Positions 49,698 through 59,584 of a stretch of 64,000 nucleotides of DNA are shown here, one piece after another. The stretch is from Thermoanaerobaculia bacterium (GTDB taxonomy: Bacteria > Acidobacteriota > Thermoanaerobaculia > Multivoradales > Multivoraceae): contig OY761158.1 of assembly GCA_963664405.1 (NCBI GenBank), positions 800,001 through 864,000 on the forward strand, written 5' to 3'. Made by a program: the position numbers and the translations under genes. Below the pieces are notes generated by a model. The model was given only the letters and a program-made list of their open reading frames with translations, was not told where the DNA came from and did no database searches. The first letter of the stretch is position 1. Each line of letters opens with the position of its first letter.

Positions 49698-51622
49698 CTA
49701 GGGGTGTACCAGATGGGAGACGTGTAAGCGCGCTCCTGGTGGCTCATCGGCACCTCCTCCGGCATCTTGATACCGAAGAAGTTCGAGTCGTAGGCCTGCC
49801 AGGTGGGCGTCGGGATCTCCAGCACCCGAGCGTAGTAGACGGCGCGATGATCCGGATTGAAGTCCGGATCGGTCCAAGTCCCCCGCAGTTCGGCATCGCC
49901 GATATTGTTCAGGTAGCTGGCGTCGGCTTCGTCGACCGTGTTTCCGACCGGCTCCCGAGCGCGGCCGTCCGCGCCGATGGCGCGACCGTCGGCGACCGCG
50001 ACGTCGTAGACCCGCTCATGCCGCTCGCCGGAGCCGTCGACCCAGCCTTTGATGATCTGGACACGGTCAAGGTTGCCGGACCACGGGTCCTTGAGCGCCC
50101 CCACCATGAAGACAGGAGCCTTCTTGCCGGCAGGTGCTTCGCGCAGGTCGCCCCCCATGGGAACACCATCTCGGTAGCCGATCGCGACCGCATCGGGCCG
50201 GAACACGTCATCTTCGTCGTAGTCCCAACCGCCGAAGAAACGCACCGTGATGCGGGTACCGGTGGTCGCGTAGGTTTCCTTCTTCTGCATCGCTTCGAAG
50301 AGCGCCTCGCGGGTGTTCTCGCGAGCCCAGACCGCAGCGAGGCCGGAGGCGAGGGTCTCGTACGAATAGGTCGTCAACGCCTCGTCGCCAGCAAGAGACG
50401 CGATCACCACGTGCTCCCAGCGATCGGCAGACGGTTCCATCGTCGGCGTCTTGCTCCAGCTGTTCTCATCCCGGGTGGTGGCCAGCGAGGTGTGCGCGTC
50501 GGTCGACCCGACCATGCCGAACTTGTAAGGGTTGACGCCAAGCTTCTCCTCCTGTTGGAGACCAATCTGCAGCGCGGTGCGCGCGTATTCATACTGAAGC
50601 ATCCAGTCCTCTTTGGGCTTGGCGCCCGCAATGTCGCCCTTGTCCCAGGTGCCGTAATCGGCGAACTCGTCGTTAGGTGACAGGAAGGGATGCGCCTCGC
50701 CGTCGCCCTTCATCTGGGTGACCTCGTATAGCGGCTCCCAACGCATTCGCGTCTCGGCGTACGCCAGGTCGATGGGTTGCCCGTCCAGCCCTTCGAGCGG
50801 AAACATCTGACCATTGGAGACGTTGCCGTTGTGGGCGATGGCGAGAACGCTGCCGCCGGTCTTCTCCTCGTAGGCCGCAAGGTATTCCCACAGATCCTCC
50901 GGATCCGCCGAGTCAGCAGCGCTGAAGGGTAGGACCTGGCCCACCTTGTCGCCGCCGTCCTTGAAGATGACGACCCGATGCAGATTGCCCGGCTTTTCCG
51001 GTTTCGCGATCGATGTCCACTCGAATCCGATCAAGGCGGTGAATCGTCCGGGCTCGTTGTACTGCTCGGCGAAGGCGATCTCCCGATCCCAAACCGTGCG
51101 TGTCACCCTCGGATTGTTGATCGGGTCTACCCCCTTGAAAACGGCATCTGCGATCCACTTCTGGAATGCGCCGCGGCCGTCGCCGGCCTTCACCATGTCG
51201 TGGACCATGCGGCCCCAATCGTTCTTGAGAAGCTCGGAGTTCGACTCTGCGATCATCGGAGCGAGTCCGAGGTTCTCCGCGTGGTCTGCCACCACGAGAA
51301 AGTCCAGGGGGCGGATCAGACGGGCTCGCATTCCGGCGGCAGATAGGACTTCCTCGCCCCTGGCAAAGCGAAATGCCTCTTCAGGCCCCAGCGTGTTTCC
51401 CATCATGCCGGCATCGGTGGAATAGGACGTGTGAAGGTGGGTGTCGCCCCAGTAGACGCCCTCGGCCAAGTTGGCATCGCTGGCCGTCCTTTCGACATAG
51501 GGCGAATAAATCTTCGGTCGCTCGAGTATCTCGTCAGGATTGACGTCCTGCGCAAGCGCGTAGACCGTGGTGCCGAGGACTGCAACCCCGAAGATGGCTA
51601 AGACGCGTGTAATTCTTCTCAT
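49685..51622 (-). CDS. DUF3604 family protein (secreted, PHP-like metal motifs)
   Basis: YWGDTHLHTSYS, DHAEN, NLHRVV, HNGN, QMKGDGEAHP, GSTDAHT, QERAYTSPIWY; ATG 51622. Confidence 0.9.
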   Translation of the reverse strand: MRRITRVLAIFGVAVLGTTVYALAQDVNPDEILERPKIYSPYVERTASDANLAEGVYWGDTHLHTSYSTDAGMMGNTLGPEEAFRFARGEEVLSAAGMRARLIRPLDFLVVADHAENLGLAPMIAESNSELLKNDWGRMVHDMVKAGDGRGAFQKWIADAVFKGVDPINNPRVTRTVWDREIAFAEQYNEPGRFTALIGFEWTSIAKPEKPGNLHRVVIFKDGGDKVGQVLPFSAADSADPEDLWEYLAAYEEKTGGSVLAIAHNGNVSNGQMFPLEGLDGQPIDLAYAETRMRWEPLYEVTQMKGDGEAHPFLSPNDEFADYGTWDKGDIAGAKPKEDWMLQYEYARTALQIGLQQEEKLGVNPYKFGMVGSTDAHTSLATTRDENSWSKTPTMEPSADRWEHVVIASLAGDEALTTYSYETLASGLAAVWARENTREALFEAMQKKETYATTGTRITVRFFGGWDYDEDDVFRPDAVAIGYRDGVPMGGDLREAPAGKKAPVFMVGALKDPWSGNLDRVQIIKGWVDGSGERHERVYDVAVADGRAIGADGRAREPVGNTVDEADASYLNNIGDAELRGTWTDPDFNPDHRAVYYARVLEIPTPTWQAYDSNFFGIKMPEEVPMSHQERAYTSPIWYTPSLRK

Positions 51623-51830
51623 CGCTATTCCTTGACCCCCTGATTGATCCGGCCCGGTGAAACCGCCTTCGTAGAGCCTGGCGAGACTAGCATTACGAGA
51701 GGGTACACAGAAGGCAGACCTCTTATCCATCATCGCTATAAGATGTACGCGAACGGCTGCCTCGAAGTACAAATCGGGACTGTTCTCGCTTGATCAAGCG
51801 AGCGCAGCTCTTAAGAAAAAGGAGGGCAAC

Positions 51831-53756
51831 GTGCCCAAGCAAACAAGTGTGATTCTGAGCGCAGCGCTCTTGCTACTCGTGCCGGTTTCGAATTCGGCCG
51901 CGCAGGACGCCGGCACGCCCGACACGGAGGCGCTGGAAGCGGCGCATTCCAAGCGTCCCTATTCGCCCTACGCGGGCGGAGCGATCCCCAACCAGGTCTA
52001 CTGGGGTGATACCCACCTCCACACCTCCTACTCGATGGACGCGGGGGCCTTCGGGGCCCGAATGGGACCCGAGGACGCCTATCGATTCGCCCGCGGCGAA
52101 GAGGTGGATTCGGCTACAGCAGGTCGGGCCCGACTCGCACGCCCGCTCGACTTTCTCGTCGTCGCCGACCATTCGGACAACATGGGCTGGTTCCCCGATC
52201 TTTTCTCGGGTTCTCCTCGGCTCCTCGCCGATCCCACCGGCCGAGAGTGGTACAACAAAGTGCGAGAAGGAAAAGGCATGGAGGTCGCCCTCGCGGTGAT
52301 CGATTCCTTCTCCCGTGGCGAGTTTCCCGAAGCGATGATGTACTACCCCCACACCAAGCCCTACAAAGAGGCTTGGGGAAGAACCATCGACGCGGCCGAG
52401 AAGTACAACGATCCGGGTCAGTTCACCGCCTTCATCGGCTACGAGTGGACCTCCCAGGTACCACCGGGTCAGAACCTGCATCGGGTCGTCATCTACCGTG
52501 ACAACGGCGACAAGGCGAGCCAGACCGTCCCGGCCACCACCTACCCGCCCTACGGCAGCACCGACCCGGAGTACCTGTGGAAGCTGCTGCAGGAGTATGA
52601 AGACAAGACCGGCGGCGACGTTCTCGCCATCGCCCACAACGGCAACCTCTCGAACGGCCTGATGTTCCCGGTGATCAATCCGGTCGACAACCGGCCCTTG
52701 ACGAAGGAGTACGCCGACACCCGTGCCCGCTGGGAGCCTCTCTACGAGGTCACTCAGATCAAGGGAGACGGCGAGGCCCACCCCTTCCTATCGCCCAACG
52801 ACGAGTTCGCCGACTTCGGTACCTGGGACAAGGGCAATCTCAACCTGAGCGCACTCAAAGAAGACGAGATGCTGCAGCGCGAGTACGCACGCAGCGGTCT
52901 CCAGCTTGGCTTGAGCCTCGAGGAGAAGCTAGGCACCAACCCCTACAAATTCGGAATGATCGGCTCCACCGACAGCCACACCGCGATGGCCACCGCCGAC
53001 GACGACAACTTCTTCGGCAAGCATGCGGGCTCGGAGCCGAGCCCCGATCGCCTGCACCACCCCTTCGCCAAATTCGGTGATCTCGAGATCCTCAACTGGG
53101 AGACCCTCGCCTCGGGATATGCCGCGGTTTGGGCGCCCGAGAACACCCGGAAAGCACTGTTCGACGCGATGGAGCGCAAAGAGACCTATGCCACCACCGG
53201 TCCACGCATGTTGGTGCGTTTCTTCGGCGGCTGGGACTTCACCAGCGCCGACGCCAACACCCGCCAGCCGGCGGTGACCGGTTACAAGAAGGGCGTGACG
53301 ATGGGCGGTGATCTCAGCCAGGCGCCGTCCGACGCTTCACCGTCGTTTCTGGTCGCTGCTCTCAAGGATCCGATCGGCGGAAACCTCGACCGGGTACAGA
53401 TCATCAAGGGTTGGAAAGATGGCGACGATCTGAAAGAGCGGGTCTACGACATCGCGGTCTCCGACGGTCGCACCATCGGCTCGGACGGCCGCTGCAAGAC
53501 TCCTGTCGGCAACACGGTCGACGTCGCCAACGCGACCTGGACCAACACCATCGGTGACAGCGAGTTCGTCGCGGTGTGGAAAGACCCCGACTTCGATGCC
53601 GATCAGCGCGCTTTCTACTACGTCCGCGTACTGGAGATCCCGACACCGCGTTGGACGGCCTACGACGCCAAGTACTACGGTCTCGACGTGCCCGACGAGG
53701 TCCCCATGACCACTCAGGAGCGAGCCTACACCTCACCCATCTGGTACACCCCGTAG
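51831..53756 (+). CDS. DUF3604 family protein (paralog)
   Basis: Same motif series; GTG start after GGAGG. Confidence 0.92.
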   Translation: MPKQTSVILSAALLLLVPVSNSAAQDAGTPDTEALEAAHSKRPYSPYAGGAIPNQVYWGDTHLHTSYSMDAGAFGARMGPEDAYRFARGEEVDSATAGRARLARPLDFLVVADHSDNMGWFPDLFSGSPRLLADPTGREWYNKVREGKGMEVALAVIDSFSRGEFPEAMMYYPHTKPYKEAWGRTIDAAEKYNDPGQFTAFIGYEWTSQVPPGQNLHRVVIYRDNGDKASQTVPATTYPPYGSTDPEYLWKLLQEYEDKTGGDVLAIAHNGNLSNGLMFPVINPVDNRPLTKEYADTRARWEPLYEVTQIKGDGEAHPFLSPNDEFADFGTWDKGNLNLSALKEDEMLQREYARSGLQLGLSLEEKLGTNPYKFGMIGSTDSHTAMATADDDNFFGKHAGSEPSPDRLHHPFAKFGDLEILNWETLASGYAAVWAPENTRKALFDAMERKETYATTGPRMLVRFFGGWDFTSADANTRQPAVTGYKKGVTMGGDLSQAPSDASPSFLVAALKDPIGGNLDRVQIIKGWKDGDDLKERVYDIAVSDGRTIGSDGRCKTPVGNTVDVANATWTNTIGDSEFVAVWKDPDFDADQRAFYYVRVLEIPTPRWTAYDAKYYGLDVPDEVPMTTQERAYTSPIWYTP

Positions 53757-54067
53757 TGGCAGAAGCGGCCTCCGACGGCGCGGAGGCTCTCGAGATCCTA
53801 CGCGCGGGCCAACGTTATTCCGCGATCCTCATGGACTGCCAGATGCCGATCATGGACGGCATCGAGGCCACCCGGGTCATCTGCGAAAGCGGTCTGAGCG
53901 ACGCGCCGATCATCGGCCTGACGGCATACGCCATGCTCGGTGATCGCGAACGATGTCTTGCTGCTGGCATGGTGGACTACACCTCCAAGCCAGTGCAGCT
54001 CGACACTCTGCGTCTGATTCTCGATCGTCATGCACCTCGCCACGGCACTGCCAACGCAGACCGGTAG
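53756..54067 (+). pseudogene. N-terminally truncated receiver (REC) domain of hybrid-kinase type
   Basis: ASDGAEAL...ILMDCQMPIMDGIEAT...PIIGLTAYAM.GDRERCLAAGMVDYTSKP; lacks beta1 and its acidic pair. Confidence 0.72.
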
Positions 54068-55328
54068 AGTCCTCTCCCTGAACCAAACCGGAACTTATCT
54101 CGGCGCCTTTGCGGCTCTGGCAACGTTGACTGCGTCGTCGGCCATCGCACAGTACGAGGAGAAGCACCTCCCCGAGCTTGATGGCGGTGCGTGTCCGCCA
54201 ACTGCCAGCGTTGTTGAAGCGGACGCAGTGAGACTCTTTTCATACGGTGAGCGAGGTCTTCAATTCGACAGCCCGGGGGGCAATAACTCTCTCTGGTTTG
54301 GCGTGCGTCTACAGACGCGGTTTTCCGACGAAGAAGTAGAACAGGACTTGTTGCCTGGGGAGCCGACGGAAACAACTACTGAGACACACGTAAACCGCGG
54401 TCGCTTCAAATTGGGTGGACACCTGATGTCGCCAAAATTGACGGTCTACTCAGAATATGACTTCCCTTCAGATCGATTAATCGATTTGCGAGTGAGCTAT
54501 CAGTTCAATGAACGGTTCAATGTCAGGGTGGGCCAATGGAAGGCCGAGTTCAATCGAGAACGCGTGGACTCTTCCGGTGCTCAACAGTTCGCTGAGCGAT
54601 CGATAGCGACCCCCTGGTTTACTATCGACAGACAACAAGGGGTGGTGGCATCCGGCCGGTTTGCAAACGGCAGCTCCGTCGACTCCAGTTACTGGTTTGG
54701 CTGGCTTAGCGGTGCAGGGCGCGGAGGTTCAACCTCTGACGCTGAAGGTTTGTGGCTGGGGCGCTATCAGTGGAATTTCACCGGTGAATTGCTCGGATTT
54801 AGTCAAAGCGATATCGGTCGGCGAAAGAAGGGTGCCGGTTCCGTCGCCTTAGGCTTGGTTGACGGAAAAACTCAATACACCAGCTTTTCCAGCGCCGGCG
54901 GCGGTCAGCTCCCAGGATTCTCTGACGGCGATTCCGACAGGTATCGTCTTCGTCAGGTAGTTGTGGAGACCGCCTATCAGCGCAATGGTTTCTCCTGGCA
55001 GCAGGAGTGGCATTGGAAGAGCATTGATGATCGACAAACTGGAAGGGAACGGACGATAACCGGCGGCTACGCACAGGCAGGAGTATTCCTCTCCCGCATC
55101 TGGTCTTCGGCCCCAGAGCCCCTGGAATTTGCGTTGAGGGCCGCCACTGTTGATCCGGATTCAGCGATACAGAGGGACTCCGAGCATGAATACTCGCTCG
55201 TAGGCAACTGGTTTTTCAACGGCCACCGCAACAAGCTCACCGCAGATGTTTCCTATGTTGAAAAGAGGTTTGTTCCAGAGACCAATAGTCGAGTGCGTTA
55301 TCGGCTGCAGTGGGATGTCTCGTTTTGA
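54030..55328 (+). CDS. Phosphate-selective porin OprO/OprP-like beta-barrel
   Basis: RLQTRF, RGRFKLGGH, GQWKAEFNRER..SS...QFAERS, C-terminal RLQWDVSF; true start may be further downstream. Confidence 0.8.
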   Translation: MHLATALPTQTGRVLSLNQTGTYLGAFAALATLTASSAIAQYEEKHLPELDGGACPPTASVVEADAVRLFSYGERGLQFDSPGGNNSLWFGVRLQTRFSDEEVEQDLLPGEPTETTTETHVNRGRFKLGGHLMSPKLTVYSEYDFPSDRLIDLRVSYQFNERFNVRVGQWKAEFNRERVDSSGAQQFAERSIATPWFTIDRQQGVVASGRFANGSSVDSSYWFGWLSGAGRGGSTSDAEGLWLGRYQWNFTGELLGFSQSDIGRRKKGAGSVALGLVDGKTQYTSFSSAGGGQLPGFSDGDSDRYRLRQVVVETAYQRNGFSWQQEWHWKSIDDRQTGRERTITGGYAQAGVFLSRIWSSAPEPLEFALRAATVDPDSAIQRDSEHEYSLVGNWFFNGHRNKLTADVSYVEKRFVPETNSRVRYRLQWDVSF

Positions 55329-55805
55329 TCACCAGCTGACGAGGTACTCGACACCGTACTTCTCACCCAAAGCATTCAAGGCCGCAATCAGCGATTCCCT
55401 GTCCCCTGCCGGCTCATCCATGGCCGCGAGTTGATCGAAGAGTCCCTCGATCCCGGCGGGGGCGAAGAAGAACAGCATTCTCGCCACGTCGTTCGAGTTG
55501 TTGCGAAACCGGTGTTTGGCCCCCTTCGGAATATTCAGGTAAGTCCCGGGACCAGCCTCGATCTCACCCTCGTCTCCGTAGAAGGTGAGAGTGCCCTGGA
55601 GAATGTAGAAGGCCTCCTCCTCTCGGGTCTGGATGTGCGGCGGAGGTCCGCCTCCCGGTGGTACCACCGCTTCAACCAAAAAGTACTGCCCATCCGTATC
55701 TGCACCGGTGGCCAAAAAGCGGTACTCATCACCCGCCCCGAACATCACCCTCACCGGATCGTCCGGCCGCACCACCCTGATCTGGGGTCCGCTTCGCTCT
55801 TCCAT
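55329..55805 (-). CDS. Cupin-domain protein (quercetinase-like)
   Basis: PGGGPPPHIQTREEEAFYILQG...IPKGAKHRFRN...PAGIEGLF. Confidence 0.85.
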   Translation of the reverse strand: MEERSGPQIRVVRPDDPVRVMFGAGDEYRFLATGADTDGQYFLVEAVVPPGGGPPPHIQTREEEAFYILQGTLTFYGDEGEIEAGPGTYLNIPKGAKHRFRNNSNDVARMLFFFAPAGIEGLFDQLAAMDEPAGDRESLIAALNALGEKYGVEYLVSW

Positions 55806-56063
55806 TTATCGAGCTCCTTTCCACGAAAACATCCGGGAGCCCGATGTTAGCCGACGGCCGCGTTGAAGACTCTGCCAGCCCTTCCCTCGCCACCGATGTG
55901 GAAAAGGTCAGCCGTCCATGTGCGCTAACATCTGGCACAGAGAACGCAAGAATCGATCCGCGCGGACGGCTGAGGCCGTACGAGGATCAGCTGAGAGTCC
56001 CCTCGCGGGAGTTTTCCGCTTGTCCGATAGGCCCTCGATGCTGGGCGCCGTGGAGGACAGGAG

Positions 56064-56657
56064 ATGGTGGAGCTCGTCAAAATCTCGAAGGTGAGGCCGA
56101 AGGACCAAGAACGGGTCCTTCTAGCCATGACCATGGCCTTCAGCACCGATCCCTTGATGCGGTGGTTCTACCCGGATCCTCACGACTATCTCGAACACTT
56201 TCCGCACCTCCTCCGTGCACACGGAGGCCGTGCTTTCGAGCACGATTCGGCCTATACGACGGCGGACCTCGAGGGCGGCGCATTCTGGCTGCCACCGGGT
56301 GTGGGCCCGGACGAGGAAGCTCTGGGCGAAATCGTCCAGCGAACGGTCGACGAGGAAAAGCGAGAGGATCTCTTCGGCGTGCTGGAGCAGATGGACGAGT
56401 ACCACCCCCACGACAAGGACACCTGGTACTTGCCGGATATCGGGGTCGACCCTTTTCACCAGCGAAAAGGCATCGGCGCCGCGCTTCTTCAGCATCACCT
56501 GCGTAAGTGCGACGAGGCCGGCATCCAGACTTACCTCGAGTCGTCCAACCCCGCCAACATGTCGCTTTACGAACGCCATGGTTTTCGCCTCCTTGGCCGC
56601 ATCGAAGTCGGCACCGCGCCGCCTGTCCACCCGATGTTGAGGCCCATCGGCGGCTGA
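56064..56657 (+). CDS. GNAT N-acetyltransferase
   Basis: AFSTDP, WLPPG, WYL..IGVDP..QRKGIG, YLESSNPAN..LYERHGF. Confidence 0.92.
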   Translation: MVELVKISKVRPKDQERVLLAMTMAFSTDPLMRWFYPDPHDYLEHFPHLLRAHGGRAFEHDSAYTTADLEGGAFWLPPGVGPDEEALGEIVQRTVDEEKREDLFGVLEQMDEYHPHDKDTWYLPDIGVDPFHQRKGIGAALLQHHLRKCDEAGIQTYLESSNPANMSLYERHGFRLLGRIEVGTAPPVHPMLRPIGG

Positions 56658-56721
56658 GCCCAGCCTCCTCCACTTGCTCGGCTGTAGTCCGATCCCACTC
56701 CCCGGTAGAATCGGGGACACA

Positions 56722-57081
56722 TTGACGCCCCAAAGCGAAGACAGCAGCATCGACGACCGTCGCAAAGCGCGTCGAGTACTTTTCGTCCGTTCGGTTCGAC
56801 TGCACTTTGACTCTCACGGGGATGCCATCGAAGCGACAACGGTCGACATCTCCCACGGCGGCATGCTGGTCAAGACCGCGTCCTTCAGGAACCCCGGCAC
56901 CAAGCTCGACTTCACGATCGCCCTCTCTGAGGAGAACGCCTCGATCGAGGGGTCTGCCGAGGTGGTACGCGTTCATGGAGGGGATGAGACCAAGCTCCCT
57001 TCCGGCATGGGAATCCACTTCCTGGAATTACGAGGCGCCAGCGCGAAGCTGCTTCGTAGCGTCGTCGAGGGCGACAGCTGA
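56722..57081 (+). CDS. PilZ-domain protein
   Basis: DRRKARR (RxxxR), DISHGG (DxSxxG), GMGIHF. Confidence 0.85.
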   Translation: MTPQSEDSSIDDRRKARRVLFVRSVRLHFDSHGDAIEATTVDISHGGMLVKTASFRNPGTKLDFTIALSEENASIEGSAEVVRVHGGDETKLPSGMGIHFLELRGASAKLLRSVVEGDS

Positions 57082-57101
57082 GCTCCCGGAGACGGGGGGC
57101 C

Positions 57102-58578
57102 TCAGGGCGATATCTCCACCGTGCTCGAGAAAGTCTTATCGCTCAGCGGGTCGTGAACTGCGATGACGAGCTCGTGCCTTCCCCGGCGTAAAAGGAGCTC
57201 GGTGCTCCACCAGAAGAGCTCGCCGGCCTCGGCGGCCTCGCCCACGATCTCCACCGTATCGACCGAAGACTGGGGAGGACTGCCCTTCTCATCGATGATC
57301 CTGACCACGACCTCTACTTTCCCGGCAAAGCTATCCTGGAAAGGAACCATGGTGATCTCGTCGAGTGGAAAGCCGACGGAGAGGGGGATCGCGACAACCC
57401 CTTTGTGAGGCTTGCCGGTATCGCCGAAACGCACTTCGAGCGGGCGAGTAGACGGTGGGGTGCCGAAGAGGAGTGAGCTCTCGACCATCATCGTCACTTC
57501 CTCCCGCCGAGAGAGATCGACGAAGCCTGCCCGCTGGCGGACGACTACGCCGGGTCTGAGCACTTCCACCTCGACGGTGTGCCGACTGCCGTCGGCCTTG
57601 CGGTCGAGGGTGAAACCCAGCCAGTAGAACGAGCGGATATCTCCGGCAACGGTCTCGAGAGCGCCGAGTCGCTCCTTGTTGATCAGCGCGCGCCCTCCGG
57701 TCTGATCGGCGACCAGCCGGAGGGAGTCCTCTGTACCCTCTTCGCGCTGCTGAATAGGGCCGCCGCCGAGCACAAATCTCGACTTCGCGGCATCTACGCT
57801 CGTGACCGGTGTGACTCCGGGCACATCGACGGGATAGAGAGTGTAGCCAAGTAGATTCGCGGTATCGATGAGAGGGCCAAGGAGGTTTAGGTGGCCGGGA
57901 ATCCCGTGCGTCCCCGCGGCCCTGAACGTAGCATCGGCGATACCCTTGTAGCTGGCCAAGCTGTGCGCCACCGGAGAAATAGGCCAGCCACCCGCTAGCA
58001 CCAGCATTACTCTTCGCCCAGGAGGAGTGGCGAAGCTGCGTAAAGTAGCGGCGGCGGCGCCAACCGCGCGCCCCACCTGCTCCCCGACCTTCATCGCGTA
58101 GTCACGAGCCACCGGAGTGAGGAGGTCATCGAGGACTGCGCTGTTGTCCCGAAAGTAGGCTCGGTCTTCGTCGAATCTTCGCTGCTCCCCAAGTCTCTTC
58201 AGCCCGTCGGCGGGCCGGCCCTTTGCCTGTCTCAGGGCGACCTCGATGGCGCGGTGCTGATGGGTCCAGGTGCTCAGCACCTCGAGGCGCCTGCCATCGT
58301 AGGCCACCACCGCCATGCGATCTCTCGGTCCAAGGAAGTCCAGCTCCGTTGCGAGCCCGTCGAGAACCTTGTTGCGATCGATCCTCTTGGAAAAGTAGTC
58401 GTCGATAAAGAGCAGGTAGCTCGTGCTCGGACCGCCCTCCTCGAGAGCGGGCGCCGCGCTCGGGGCATCGGAGCCTCCTTCAGGCTCGACCACCTCGCCA
58501 CCGAGGATCTCGCTAAAGTAGTCGATAGGCTGGACTTCGCCGTCAACGAGCAGACGAAAGTCTTCCGGGCCAAGACTG
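57102..58578 (-). pseudogene. Acidobacterial-type VWA-domain protein, 5'-truncated
   Basis: LFIDDYFS, DRMAVVAYDG, ANLLGYTLYPVD, ADQTGG, SFYWLGF. The frame extends upstream through LGPEDFRLLVDGEVQPIDYFSE, then becomes unrelated with no start or signal peptide. Confidence 0.68.
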
Positions 58579-58593
58579 TAGGGGGCTCTCGAA

Positions 58594-59537
58594 GTGGAGC
58601 TGCACCTCTCCCACGACGACTACGCCTCGGTCCGATACCCGTTCCGATGGCGTGGGCGACCGCTCTTCGATCTCGACTTCGTGATGCGTCGAGTGGGCGA
58701 CTTTGAAGGGTATGGCGAGGAGACCGCCCATTGCGCCCTCGGGGGTACGGTGCTCGATGGGGAGGGGCAACCGATCCCCGGTGTGCAGATCACCTTCGAA
58801 GAGCCGACCGGATCCGGATCTCGCAGCCTCACGACCAATCGGAAGGGCAAGTGGGAGGCCGTCCTGCTGTCGGCGCCGCTCCTCTACCCCTTTCAATTCT
58901 CGAAGGCCGGCTTCGAGACTCTCGTCCTCGACCTGCAGTTGCGGCGACCCGCCCACCCTCAGCTGATGACCTCCGCCGCCTACGAGATCGTGCTCCCAGC
59001 CGAGGGCACCGGTACTCCGGGCGCTCGAAAGCAAGGCTTCGAAGCCAGCTATCGCCGCGGGGTCGAGGCGTTGGAGCGCGACGACCTGCCGGTTGCCGGC
59101 ACCGAGCTCTTGGCCGCAATCCTGGCACAGCCGGTACCGGGAGCGATGGTGCAATTCTCCGCCACTCGAGTGGAGCCGTACCTACCCTATCTGCGCCTCG
59201 GCACCGTAGACCTCTACCTCGGCCGCTCTACGAGGACGCTCTCCAGGCTTTCGGCAGCGAGGAGCACTACGGTGCCATAACACGCTTCGACAGTGAGCTC
59301 GAGGAGCTGCACACCTTCCGTCGCTTCGCACAGGAGCTGGCCGAGGCGGAGAGGGCGGAACACGAGCAGCGCATCGTCGACCGTAGCCTGGCAGACGCCA
59401 AGACCCTGGAAGAGAAAGGTCGCAGCGAAAAGGCGCTGATCGCGCTAGGGCAGGCACTGGCGGCAAAACCGCACGACCTCCGCCTGAACGAAGCTCGCAG
59501 ACGTCTGGAAGCCCAACTCGCCGAGGGTGCCCGGTAG
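58594..59537 (+). pseudogene. Carboxypeptidase-regulatory-like + TPR-like protein, frameshifted near 59225
   Basis: GTVLDGEGQPIPGVQI...TTNRKGKW..F.KAGFE, EPYLPYLRLG..YLGR, then frame switch to YEDALQAF...ALIALGQALAAKP; no SD or signal peptide at the 5' end. Confidence 0.6.
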
Positions 59538-59584
59538 CACTCACTCGAGACGCGCCTAGACCCTCCCTGCGCTACTGTTGGGCG

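Noticed and set aside
55840-55950. Integron attC site (GTTAGC/GCTAAC) or sigma-54 promoter (TGGCAC-N5-ACGCA)
   Set aside because: No properly oriented, pairing R''/R' boxes and no integrase; the -12 element deviates from TTGC.
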